NCBI GenBank assembly: GCA_965197475.1 | Contig: CBDANF010000002.1 | Coordinates: forward strand, 224,001 to 288,000 | Source: Candidatus Poribacteria bacterium | GTDB taxonomy: Bacteria; Poribacteria; WGA-4E; WGA-3G | Direction: 5' to 3' | DNA length: 64,000 nucleotides | Shown here: positions 52,071-61,166 of the stretch, in pieces | How the letters are laid out: the number at the start of each line of letters is the position of its first letter | How positions within the stretch are numbered: position 1 is the stretch's first letter | The notes under the pieces: generated by a model | What the model saw: the letters and a program-made list of their open reading frames with translations, nothing else | Databases searched by the model: none | Told to the model about the DNA's origin: nothing | Translations under genes and position numbers: made by a program

Positions 52071-53018
52071 ATGGACTGGAATCTTTTTGGTTGGGCAGGC
52101 ATTCAGTTAAAGATTCCGACAACTTGGGAAATCAGCGGCATCAGTGGCGATGAAAAGAATGGCTACCTTCGGTTAGATGACGCAGAGATGCCTCGCTTAG
52201 AACTCAAATGGGCAAAGGCACGGAAGAAGAAACCTGACCTACACAAAACACTTGACGAATACTTCAAGTTAGTCCGTAAAAACTACAAACGCGGTGGCAA
52301 TGTCTCATTTCGTAGAAACGTTGACCTTATTAAAGACGAGGATTTCTTAAAAGGCAGCACAGTTCTTGGGTTTAGTTGGAAGGGGGGTATCCGCGCAAAC
52401 GGGTTGATTGTGCATAATCCCGACACCAAACGGATTACCATCGTACAAATCATGGGGAGGCTTAAAGAAAACTGGCGTCCTACGGTGCTCCGCATCTTCC
52501 AATCCATTTCAGACCAAGCAGACCCGCAGCACACCGTCTGGAGTGCGTACGGTCTTAGGCTTGCTGTTCCGACAAATTACAAGTTAGAAAGCCAAAAACT
52601 TCTCAGCGGGTATCTGTTGTTTGCATTTACCAGAGGGAAAAGTCGTAAAATTAGTGTTGAACGTTACGGCCCTGCTGAGGTCTTATTGAACGTATTCAGT
52701 TCGGAACCGAATCCTTTAGAGACTTGGTTTCGGGCACGATATGCAAAAGCGATTCGTGGTTATGGGTTTGAAGTCACTCCACATCACGAAAACGGAGATG
52801 AACGCATAAATTTTGTCGGACAACAGACCCGACTTTACGATAGTGTGCCACTTGGATCTGTGTTGGTACTTGATAAACTCCGAAAACGGACAAGACTTAC
52901 GTTTTTTATATGGCACTGCCATCATACCAATCGTATCTATGTAGTGCAATCGATTGGACGCCACGAAACCTCCGAGAAACTTGCACAAGAGGTCGCAAAA
53001 AGTATCCACTGTCACTGA
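52071..53018 (+). CDS. Hypothetical soluble protein with two internal repeats
   Basis: Halves begin 'FGWAGIQLKIPTTWEI' and 'WSAYGLRLAVPTNYKL'; ends with 'CH'. Confidence 0.7.
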   Translation: MDWNLFGWAGIQLKIPTTWEISGISGDEKNGYLRLDDAEMPRLELKWAKARKKKPDLHKTLDEYFKLVRKNYKRGGNVSFRRNVDLIKDEDFLKGSTVLGFSWKGGIRANGLIVHNPDTKRITIVQIMGRLKENWRPTVLRIFQSISDQADPQHTVWSAYGLRLAVPTNYKLESQKLLSGYLLFAFTRGKSRKISVERYGPAEVLLNVFSSEPNPLETWFRARYAKAIRGYGFEVTPHHENGDERINFVGQQTRLYDSVPLGSVLVLDKLRKRTRLTFFIWHCHHTNRIYVVQSIGRHETSEKLAQEVAKSIHCH

Positions 53019-53072
53019 ATCTGAAGTAGTCAAACAATTAAAATCTACTATAACGTGAGTTTGACAAATATC

Positions 53073-53159
53073 GTAGGTTGGGTAGAACAACGTGAAACCC
53101 AACTATTTTCAAACCACAATGGTTGAGTTGTTAGGTTTCGCAAGCTCTATCCAACCTAC
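53073..53159. repeat. REP doublet (REPIN-like), family B
   Basis: gtaggttgggtagaac...gtgaaacccaac / gttaggtttcgcaagctctatccaacctac inverted pair. Confidence 0.75.
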
Positions 53160-53198
53160 ATCTGAGGTAGTAGAACATTCAAATTCTACTTATAAAAC

Positions 53199-53663
53199 AT
53201 GCTTAACAAAGTTTTATACGCGTTTAAACTGAAAAAACGACCTGATGTGGATAGAGGTAAGGTCCTCAAAGCATTCCCGTTACGGCATCAGTTGATAACG
53301 TGGGAATTAGACGACAAGGGGGAAGCATCACTCGTCATTCCGCAGAAAGACAAATTCTGGGTGAGATTTACAAGTAAAATCTTTATGCTCCCAAATAAAC
53401 GGGTTGTTGTGTTGGATAGCATCGGTGCGTACGTATGGCAGATGTGTGATGGGAAGCACACCATATCACAGATTATCAAGGCACTCCAGAAAAAACACCA
53501 GTTGACTCGAAAAGAAGCAGAAACTTCGCTCTTTACCTTTGTACAGCAACTCGGAAAACGAAATTTCATCCAATTTGCTATCCCGACAGAAGCTAAACCG
53601 AATGAAAATGCACCTCAGAAACCGGAGCAAAAAAGGCGTTTTGGGTTTTTATCTAAAGGGTAA
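53199..53663 (+). CDS. PqqD-like (RiPP recognition element-like) protein
   Basis: 'LDSIGAYVWQMCDGKHTISQIIKALQKKH...SLFTFVQQLGKRNFI' fits the PqqD winged-helix pattern. Confidence 0.8.
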   Translation: MLNKVLYAFKLKKRPDVDRGKVLKAFPLRHQLITWELDDKGEASLVIPQKDKFWVRFTSKIFMLPNKRVVVLDSIGAYVWQMCDGKHTISQIIKALQKKHQLTRKEAETSLFTFVQQLGKRNFIQFAIPTEAKPNENAPQKPEQKRRFGFLSKG

Positions 53664-53696
53664 GTGGCAGTTTGACAGCAAAAGGAGAAAACAGAT

Positions 53697-54503
53697 ATGC
53701 AAACAGAAATGGGTGGCGTACAACCAAATCTCGCCGAAACCCCGAAGCGATCCCAACGCATCCTTCCGAAAGAGAACACTGTCCGTGTCAGAAACCTCAT
53801 AAAACGCTATGAAATGGGGACAGCGACAGTGGATGCACTACGCGGCGTTAATTTCCAAATTCAACGCGGCGAATACATCTCTATTATGGGTCCCTCTGGC
53901 TCCGGAAAATCTACACTCTTTAATATGATTGGCGGATTAGACAAACCGACAGAGGGCAGGGTCTATATTGACGAAGTAGATATTGCGCAACTTGACGCTT
54001 ACGAGTTAGCGTGGCTGCGTTGTCGGAAAATCGGTTACATCTTTCAATCGTTCAACTTGATCCCTGTTATGACAGCACTTGAGAATGTCTCGCTTCCGAT
54101 GATTTTTGCTGGTATGAGTGCTGATGAGAGTCGGGAAAAAGGTGTAGACCTACTCTCTCTTGTGGGATTAGGGGACCGTGTCCAGCATAAGCCGCTTGAA
54201 CTCTCTGGTGGACAGCAGCAGCGTGTTGCAATTGCCCGTTCCCTTGCCAACGACCCCGCCATTGTACTCGCTGACGAACCGACCGGAAACTTGGATACCA
54301 AAACGGGGCTTGAAATCATAGATTTGCTGCGCCGACTCAATGACGAAAACGGCGTAACCATTATTACCGCAACACACGACCACAAGATGCTTGATGTCTC
54401 AGATCGGATTTTCCACATGGTAGATGGTAAAGTTGACAAAATTGAGTCGCGTGATGAAATTGACCTTCACGTCGGAAAATTGGACGGTCAGGAAGTCGGA
54501 TAA
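53697..54503 (+). CDS. ABC transporter ATP-binding protein (LolD/MacB type)
   Basis: GPSGSGKST, LSGGQQQRVAIAR, LADEPTGNLD, ATHD. Confidence 0.95.
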   Translation: MQTEMGGVQPNLAETPKRSQRILPKENTVRVRNLIKRYEMGTATVDALRGVNFQIQRGEYISIMGPSGSGKSTLFNMIGGLDKPTEGRVYIDEVDIAQLDAYELAWLRCRKIGYIFQSFNLIPVMTALENVSLPMIFAGMSADESREKGVDLLSLVGLGDRVQHKPLELSGGQQQRVAIARSLANDPAIVLADEPTGNLDTKTGLEIIDLLRRLNDENGVTIITATHDHKMLDVSDRIFHMVDGKVDKIESRDEIDLHVGKLDGQEVG

Positions 54504-54580
54504 CCCGTGAGCGCGTTTTTCAGAGGTGTTGTGTATAAAACCTATACTTTCACCCACGACTCTGAATAAGGAGTCTACCA

Positions 54581-55582
54581 ATGCTCAAAAAGTTGATAAC
54601 TTACTGTCTGTTATTGTGCTTACCGAGTGTCGCTGCCGCCAAAATCGTGTTCCTCTCAAAACGCGATGGGGGCAGCAATATCTATGTGATGGATGATGAC
54701 GGCAGCAATGTTCAAAGACTCACCTTCACACAATTTCCTCAAGTCGATGGGGGACCTGTATGGTCCCCCGATGGCACACGCATTGCGTTTGAGAGAGATA
54801 CAGATACGGGTAAGCCTAAGACAAATCAAAAGTATGATATATTCCTGATGGATGTGGATGGTAGCAATGTGCAGCAGCTCACAGACGATCGCGCGCTGGA
54901 TGGGGGATGTACGTGGTCACCGGATGGGGGCCGCATCGCTTTTACCAGTACTCGGAACAAGGGGTTTGATATCTATGTGATGGATATTTTAACCCGAGAA
55001 GTTGAGCAACTGACGCACAACCCAGGGAATAGAGATTGGGCTAAGAAACCCTCCTGGTCGCCCAATGGCAAACATATTGCCTACGAACAGGCACTCTTCG
55101 GAGGCTTCTTAAATGCGGGGACAACGATCTACGTGATGAATGCGGATGGCAACGGGGCAAAAGAACTTGTTCGCTCTGATAATGATTGGGCACGTGCGTC
55201 ACCCCGCTGGTCACCCGATAGCAAATCTATTTTGTACTCCGAGTCACGCTATGCGTTAGTCGGAAAGATTACGAAGTGGGTTGCCAGCAATGTGGTGATT
55301 CAGCGGAACGGTAGCAAAGTGCACAGGATTTTAAATACCCCGAAAAAGTGGTTAGTCAATTCTGTGTGTTGGATGGATAACGGGAAATAGGTGCTGATTG
55401 CCGCACAGGATGCCCAAGGTGAGCAGATTGACATTTACCGGTATCACCTCGTTACCGGACAGATAACCAACCTTACAAACCATCCAGCACTTGACAACTC
55501 AATGAATTGGATCAGTGATGATGTGCTGTCTGTAACACCACGCGGGAAAATAAGCCTAATATGGGGAACACTCAAAAAGTGA
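54581..55582 (+). pseudogene. TolB-like PD40 propeller protein with a premature in-frame TAG at 55388-55390
   Basis: Signal peptide and WSPDG repeats; the frame continues after TAG with another PD40 blade and the C-terminal motif SVTPRGKISLIWGTLKK. Confidence 0.8.
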
Positions 55583-55667
55583 AACTCGCCAAATGCCATA
55601 AGCGTATTTGAAGTTGATTCCGCGTATTCTGCCACGCACATTTGGCGTTGATTTGCCAAAACCGAAT

Positions 55668-55954
55668 TATACTAAATTAACCCAATTTGTAGCGTGAGGT
55701 CTCTGGGTTCTCCTCGCAATGCTGACTTTATCAGAAAAATACTAATCAAGTTAATTTGGTATTATACGCAATTAACGCGATTTGTAGCGCGAGGTCTCCG
55801 TGCCTCGCAATGTTAACCGCTATTAGAAAACTTCCGCTCATGTAAAAGGTGTGTGCGGTTATTTTCATGAAGGCAATGGCCACACGGGTTAAATTTTCAT
55901 TTGCACTCATTCTTTACATGAGCCAAAACTTCTAATCCCGTTAATTTGGTATTA
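55668..55954. repeat. Two adjacent MITE-like elements, each carrying a family A REP
   Basis: Ends tatactaaattaac / gttaatttggtatta (55668-55764) and tatacgcaattaacg / cgttaatttggtatta (55763-55954); internal tgtagcg(t/c)gaggtctc...cctcgcaatg in both. Confidence 0.65.
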
Positions 55955-56048
55955 GAAGAAAGGCAAGTAACGGTATAGTTGCCTGCCTTTCTTTATTATT
56001 TTGCGTGCGTTCAACCGCTATGCAAATTTCGTAGGTAAAAACGCTTCC

Positions 56049-57167
56049 ATGTCCATCTACAAACGTTTAGGTATCCAGACAGTTATCAATGGTAACGCCA
56101 CCTTAACACGCCTCGGTGGCTCCATAATGCCACCTGAAGTCGTTGCAGCGATGGCTGAGGCATCAAAGCATTTTGTAGACATCATTGAACTTCAAAAACG
56201 AGTCGGTGAAGAAATAGCAAAACTTACCCATAACGAAGCAGCGTATGTCTCCAATGGTGCTGCATCTGCCCTGACGCTTAGTACCGCAGCTTGTATAACT
56301 GGACTGGATGCTGGCAAACGTGCTAAATTACCTCACCTTGACAACTCAATGAAAAGCGAAGTTATCGTGCATCGTCACGGTAGAGTCGGATACGATTTTG
56401 CCGTGCGACAGGTCGGTGTCACATTCGTGGAGATAGGTGACGAAAACGGCACAACACCAATCGAACTCGAAAACGCTATCACCGATAAAACCGCTGCAAT
56501 CTTCTACTTTGCAAACCCCGGTAGAGAACACCTTTGGGTGTCTTACGAAAAAGGCATTGAAATTGCCAAAAAGCACGGTGTGCCATTGATTGTTGATGCC
56601 GCAGCACAGTTGCCACCGCCAGAAAACTTATGGTGTTTTACACATGAGGGAGCAGATTTGGCAATGTTTAGTGGTGGAAAAGGGTTGTGTGGTCCGCAAA
56701 GTAGTGGCTTAATTGTCGGTAAAAAATCGCTGATTGAGGCTATTGCATTCAATGGACCGCCTCATCCTTTCATCGGCAGAGGTATGAAGGTCGGTAAAGA
56801 AGAGATGGTTGGATTGCTGGCAGCAGTGGAATGGTATCTGAATCAAGACCACGACCAATTAATGCAGTCCTACGAAGATCAAGTTACCTACTATACGGAA
56901 GTGTTTAAGGACATCCAAGGCGTTACTGTGCATCGTAGCTTCCCATCTGAAGCGGGGCAACCGATGCCTCGCACCGAAATCCGATTTGACGCAGAACAAC
57001 TCGGCATCACCCGTGATGAAATTCTCCATCAACTACAAACAGGTGAACCCGCGATAGATATTGCTGGTGCAGGTGCGAACGGCGTACTCATAAACGGACA
57101 AACCTTGATGCCAGGAGAAGTAGAAATTATTGCAAAAAGATTAAAGGAGATTCTACTTGCACTGTAG
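56049..57167 (+). CDS. SelA-like / DgaE-family PLP-dependent enzyme
   Basis: 'INGNATLTRLGGS', VDAAA, FSGGKGLCGPQSSG (PLP lysine), GRGMKVGKEE. Confidence 0.8.
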   Translation: MSIYKRLGIQTVINGNATLTRLGGSIMPPEVVAAMAEASKHFVDIIELQKRVGEEIAKLTHNEAAYVSNGAASALTLSTAACITGLDAGKRAKLPHLDNSMKSEVIVHRHGRVGYDFAVRQVGVTFVEIGDENGTTPIELENAITDKTAAIFYFANPGREHLWVSYEKGIEIAKKHGVPLIVDAAAQLPPPENLWCFTHEGADLAMFSGGKGLCGPQSSGLIVGKKSLIEAIAFNGPPHPFIGRGMKVGKEEMVGLLAAVEWYLNQDHDQLMQSYEDQVTYYTEVFKDIQGVTVHRSFPSEAGQPMPRTEIRFDAEQLGITRDEILHQLQTGEPAIDIAGAGANGVLINGQTLMPGEVEIIAKRLKEILLAL

Positions 57168-57232
57168 CGCAAGGTCTCTGTGCCTCAGCGATGCTTACTT
57201 TATTAAAGCATATCATAAAAATAAGGAATACC

Positions 57233-57943
57233 ATGAAACTTAACAACGGAATACGTCTAACATGGCTCGGACATGCCACCTTTAAAATTGAAACCAAAGG
57301 TAAGACCTTCTTAATTGACCCGTGGGTTGATAGCAACCCCATCTGTCCCGATGAACTTAAAGTCTTTGACACCCTTGACTATATACTCATAACGCATGGA
57401 CATTGGGATCACATATCGGATGCTATCCCAATTGCGAAAAAACACACGCCAACAGTTGTGTCTATCATTGAGATAGCAAAATGGCTTGATAATCAAGGCG
57501 TTGAGAACACGATAGGCATGAATAAAGGTGGCACCGTAACGGTCAGTGGCGTGAAAGCAACGATGGTAACTGCAAACCATAGCAGCAGTTTTACAGAGGA
57601 AGATGGGACTATAGTCTATTTAGGTGAGCCGGCAGGTTTCGTGCTTGAGTTTGCTAACGGATATAAAATATATCACGCTGGTGATACAAATGTGTTCGGG
57701 GATATGAAAATAATCGGTGAGATATATCAACCCGACTTGGCACTGCTTCCTATTGGAGACCATTTCACGATGGGACCACGTGAAGCTGCTTATGCTACAC
57801 AATTGCTCAATGTGCCAACAATTATACCCATGCATTACGGTACCTTTCCGCTGTTGACAGGAACACCGGAAGAATTTCGTAAATTGACAGCCTCTCAGGA
57901 TGTAGAAATTATTGAATTAGAGGTCGGGGAAACCTTAGATTAA
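57233..57943 (+). CDS. Metallo-beta-lactamase-fold hydrolase (UPF0173-like)
   Basis: WLGHA, IDPW, THGHWDH, YHAGDT, IGDHFTMGP, PMHYGTFP. Confidence 0.9.
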   Translation: MKLNNGIRLTWLGHATFKIETKGKTFLIDPWVDSNPICPDELKVFDTLDYILITHGHWDHISDAIPIAKKHTPTVVSIIEIAKWLDNQGVENTIGMNKGGTVTVSGVKATMVTANHSSSFTEEDGTIVYLGEPAGFVLEFANGYKIYHAGDTNVFGDMKIIGEIYQPDLALLPIGDHFTMGPREAAYATQLLNVPTIIPMHYGTFPLLTGTPEEFRKLTASQDVEIIELEVGETLD

Positions 57944-58849
57944 GGTGTTTCGATAAGGACCGTGAAGTCCAAAGGCATAAGCGGTTTTTAACAGTTCTTG
58001 CGGGTTGCCAGTATCATAACGTTTGCCTGCAACGCGGTAGCCGGACATCCCTTCCTGCTTTACCACTTCAGCCATTGCGTCGCGCAGCTGAATCTCACCG
58101 TGCGTTAGAATCTTGTTGCGGTAGTTGTAATCCAGTATGTCAAACAGCAGAGGTGTGAGTAGATCAATCCCAAAATGACATAGATATTGATGCGTATCCT
58201 CAGCATCCCATATCCCTTCAACGCGCATGTGTTCTCTCGCAAAATCCACAGTCGGTTTTTCAGCAATGCATGCTAACTCAAAAAGACGAGGTGAATCAGG
58301 TTCTGGACTTCCTTGCACAATCCCGTTCACAGAGAGTTCGCTTTCATCACACACATCAAGACTTGTCACAGATTTGCCAACCTGCGCGTAGACATCTACC
58401 AACTGTTTTGCACAAGAAACATCCATCTCTGATATATACAAGTGGTCACCAAGCAGAATCATAACAGGTTCGCCTGCCGCAAAATCTCTGGCACAATAGA
58501 TGGCATGTCCGAACCCTTGCGGTTCCGCTTGAATTGCAAATTGCAGACGCTCCCCGATCTCTGCCAATCTATCAGCTTGCACCGCCAATTCCGGCTTTTC
58601 ACGAATAGCATCTGGAACGGCACCAGAAAAATAGTTGGTGATAGGGTCAACTTGGTGCGGTTGTGCAACGAGACACACCTCTTCCACGCCAGCTGTTAAC
58701 GCCTCCTCAATTATCAACTGAATGATCGGTTTTGCGAGACCATCCTGCGCGATAATTGGGAAAAGTGCTTTCGGTACAGCTTTCGTTGCGGGGAAGAGGC
58801 GTGTTCCGTATCCAGCGATCGGAATAACCGCCTTTTGAATTGATTGCAT
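57935..58849 (-). CDS. Sugar-phosphate nucleotidyltransferase (GalU-like)
   Basis: KAVIPIAGYGTRLFPATKAVPK, Q.EPQGFGHA, LLGD, EKP, GEIQL, RYDTG. Confidence 0.85.
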   Translation of the reverse strand: MQSIQKAVIPIAGYGTRLFPATKAVPKALFPIIAQDGLAKPIIQLIIEEALTAGVEEVCLVAQPHQVDPITNYFSGAVPDAIREKPELAVQADRLAEIGERLQFAIQAEPQGFGHAIYCARDFAAGEPVMILLGDHLYISEMDVSCAKQLVDVYAQVGKSVTSLDVCDESELSVNGIVQGSPEPDSPRLFELACIAEKPTVDFAREHMRVEGIWDAEDTHQYLCHFGIDLLTPLLFDILDYNYRNKILTHGEIQLRDAMAEVVKQEGMSGYRVAGKRYDTGNPQELLKTAYAFGLHGPYRNTLI

Positions 58850-58856
58850 CGTCCTT

Positions 58857-59624
58857 TTAGATTCTCTTCCGCTTGAGTGCCCCCCAAGTGGTAGAAAGTT
58901 TTTCAGCAGGTTCAACAGGTAATTGATCGGATTTCGCCTCAAAGTTCTGCATAACCTCATCAGCACTTAGCACCCGGTTATAGATGCGGACGTTATCTAT
59001 CATCCCGTTCAGGAATCTGCCGTTGTGTTCACTGCCGATTCGACGTTCATTCATGTTTTCAGGTGCTGCACCAGCATTGCCTTGTGCCTTTAATTCTCCA
59101 TCTACATAGAGTTTCAGTTCATTGGCTGCCGGATTGGTCGTGTAAATGATGTGATACCAAGTGTTAGCCTGAGCGGCAAAGCGAATCTTATCACCGCCGT
59201 TCTTCTGGGTCTGAATTTCGTTTGACTCAAACTTGAAGTGGATCTTGCCCACTGCCCGCTGCCACGTCGAAACAATGCCTTGACTGGTGCCAGGGGTGGT
59301 TGTATACGCGTAGCATTCAACTGACGCAAGCTCAAACCCACCCATGGCAGGAATTTCAACGTATTTGTTCGCTACGCCTTTAAATTCCAAAGCGTCTCCT
59401 ACAGGACCTTCTACGAAATCAAGTTTACCGCTCAACGTTGCATGGTTGTCATTGCCAGAAGTATCCATGACATTTTCACCATCAATATCAGACTTATTGA
59501 GCGTATACATGGCGACGAGACCGTCTGTCACAAAATCTTTTGCTGCATCAGCCGCGTTTACACACCAGAAAGTGGTAAGTAGTAGACTGAGGATACAAAT
59601 CACGTTTATAGTTTTGCGACTCAT
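58857..59624 (-). CDS. Secreted LamG-like jellyroll protein with conserved C-terminal motif
   Basis: Signal peptide; 'DTSGNDNHA', 'LKLYVDG', 'GMIDNVRIYNRVLS'; C-terminus PVEPAEKLSTTWGALK. Confidence 0.85.
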   Translation of the reverse strand: MSRKTINVICILSLLLTTFWCVNAADAAKDFVTDGLVAMYTLNKSDIDGENVMDTSGNDNHATLSGKLDFVEGPVGDALEFKGVANKYVEIPAMGGFELASVECYAYTTTPGTSQGIVSTWQRAVGKIHFKFESNEIQTQKNGGDKIRFAAQANTWYHIIYTTNPAANELKLYVDGELKAQGNAGAAPENMNERRIGSEHNGRFLNGMIDNVRIYNRVLSADEVMQNFEAKSDQLPVEPAEKLSTTWGALKRKRI

Positions 59625-59972
59625 TTGATTCTCCTTTAGTTTGGCACCCGAGAGGGTAAATATTCCACCTGTCAGATGCCATGTGTTATAAATTAACTTC
59701 AGATTACCTGATAGATATGAGCAAAAACCTTTAAACTAACAGGACATCAAACCAATGCACGTAACATAACATATTTTTTCAAATTTGTCAAGAAGTTTTT
59801 TTCGGACAGGGCTATTTAGTTTTCTATATTCCTGACACATAATCTCTGACACATTTTATCACATACGTTAATGTTTTATAATAGTATTGCAACTCTACCC
59901 GACGGACGATATAAACTTTCAGTAACACCAATCGACTGAAAATTATTAAAACTAAATAACCCTGGAATTGCT

Positions 59973-60001
59973 TTGCATGTTTATTGACAATCTGATATAG
60001 T
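59973..60001 (+). promoter_or_regulatory. Sigma70-like promoter of aroC
   Basis: TTGCAT-17 bp-TATAGT with extended TG. Confidence 0.5.
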
Positions 60002-60077
60002 ATATCGTAAGAAATGTAAATATACATCTTGAAAGCGAAGGTACGCACCTCAAAACGCACTTATTGGAACAAAAATA

Positions 60078-61157
60078 ATGAACACTTTCGGACACCTTTT
60101 TCGGATTACAACTTGGGGCGAATCACATGGTCCTGCTGTTGGCGTTGTTGTTGACGGATGCCCACCACAGATGGACCTGGATATATCCGCAATTCAATAT
60201 GAACTCAATCGTCGGAGGCCAGGGCAAAGTCATCTCACGACACCGCGCCAAGAAGGGGATGCTATTGAAATACTCTCTGGCGTATTTGAAGGCAAAACAC
60301 TCGGAACGCCTATCTCAATGCTGGTGTGGAATAAGAACGAGCGTCCATCAGACTATACACCCCTGAAAGATCTCTACCGTCCCTCACACGCGGATTTTAC
60401 CTATCAACAGAAGTATGGCATTCGGAACTGGCAGGGAGGTGGCAGAGCGAGTGCGCGGGAAACCATCGGGCGCGTTGCTGCAGGCGCAATCGCGAAGCAG
60501 ATTCTGCGTGAGCGATGTGATACCGAGACACTTGCGTATGTCAAACAGATCCATACATTGGAAGCCACAGTAGATACTGACACAGTAACACTTGAAGATA
60601 TAGAAGCAAGCCCGGTGCGGTGTCCCGACCTGATCGTTAGTCAGAAAATGACGGAACGTATTGATCAGGCGAGACGAGATAGAGATTCTCTCGGTGGTAT
60701 CATTGAATCGGTTACTCGTAACGTTCCGGTTGGTCTCGGTGAACCTGTCTTTGACAAACTCAAGGCGGATTTGGCGAAAGGAATGATGTCTTTACCCGCA
60801 ACGATGGGATTTCAGATCGGTTCCGGCTTTGGTGGTATCACAATGACAGGTTCTGAACACAACGATGAATTCTACAATGAAGAAGGGCGAATTCGCACCC
60901 GCACAAACAATTCCGGCGGAACACAGGGAGGTATTTCAAACGGTGAAAATATCGTATTCCAAGTCGCTTTCAAACCTACAGCAACAATCGGCAAACCGCA
61001 ACAGACTGTGGATATGGACGGAAACGAGGTGACTTTAGAGGCAAGTGGACGGCATGACCCATGCGTGTTAGTACGTGCTCCTGCTATTGTGGAGGCGATG
61101 GCAGCACTCGTACTCACAGATCATCTCCTTCGTCAACAGGCAAAATTGCAGACGTAG
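60078..61157 (+). CDS. aroC: Chorismate synthase
   Basis: [37 protein letters not shown]. Confidence 0.97.
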   Translation: MNTFGHLFRITTWGESHGPAVGVVVDGCPPQMDLDISAIQYELNRRRPGQSHLTTPRQEGDAIEILSGVFEGKTLGTPISMLVWNKNERPSDYTPLKDLYRPSHADFTYQQKYGIRNWQGGGRASARETIGRVAAGAIAKQILRERCDTETLAYVKQIHTLEATVDTDTVTLEDIEASPVRCPDLIVSQKMTERIDQARRDRDSLGGIIESVTRNVPVGLGEPVFDKLKADLAKGMMSLPATMGFQIGSGFGGITMTGSEHNDEFYNEEGRIRTRTNNSGGTQGGISNGENIVFQVAFKPTATIGKPQQTVDMDGNEVTLEASGRHDPCVLVRAPAIVEAMAALVLTDHLLRQQAKLQT

Positions 61158-61166
61158 TACAAGGAG

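Noticed and set aside
55388-55390. In-frame TAG as a pyrrolysine codon
   Set aside because: It falls in a non-catalytic propeller loop and no pyl genes are seen; a nonsense mutation is simpler.
56049-57167. Calling the gene selA
   Set aside because: It is too short, lacks the N-terminal tRNA-binding domain and its motifs fit the SelA-like/DgaE group.
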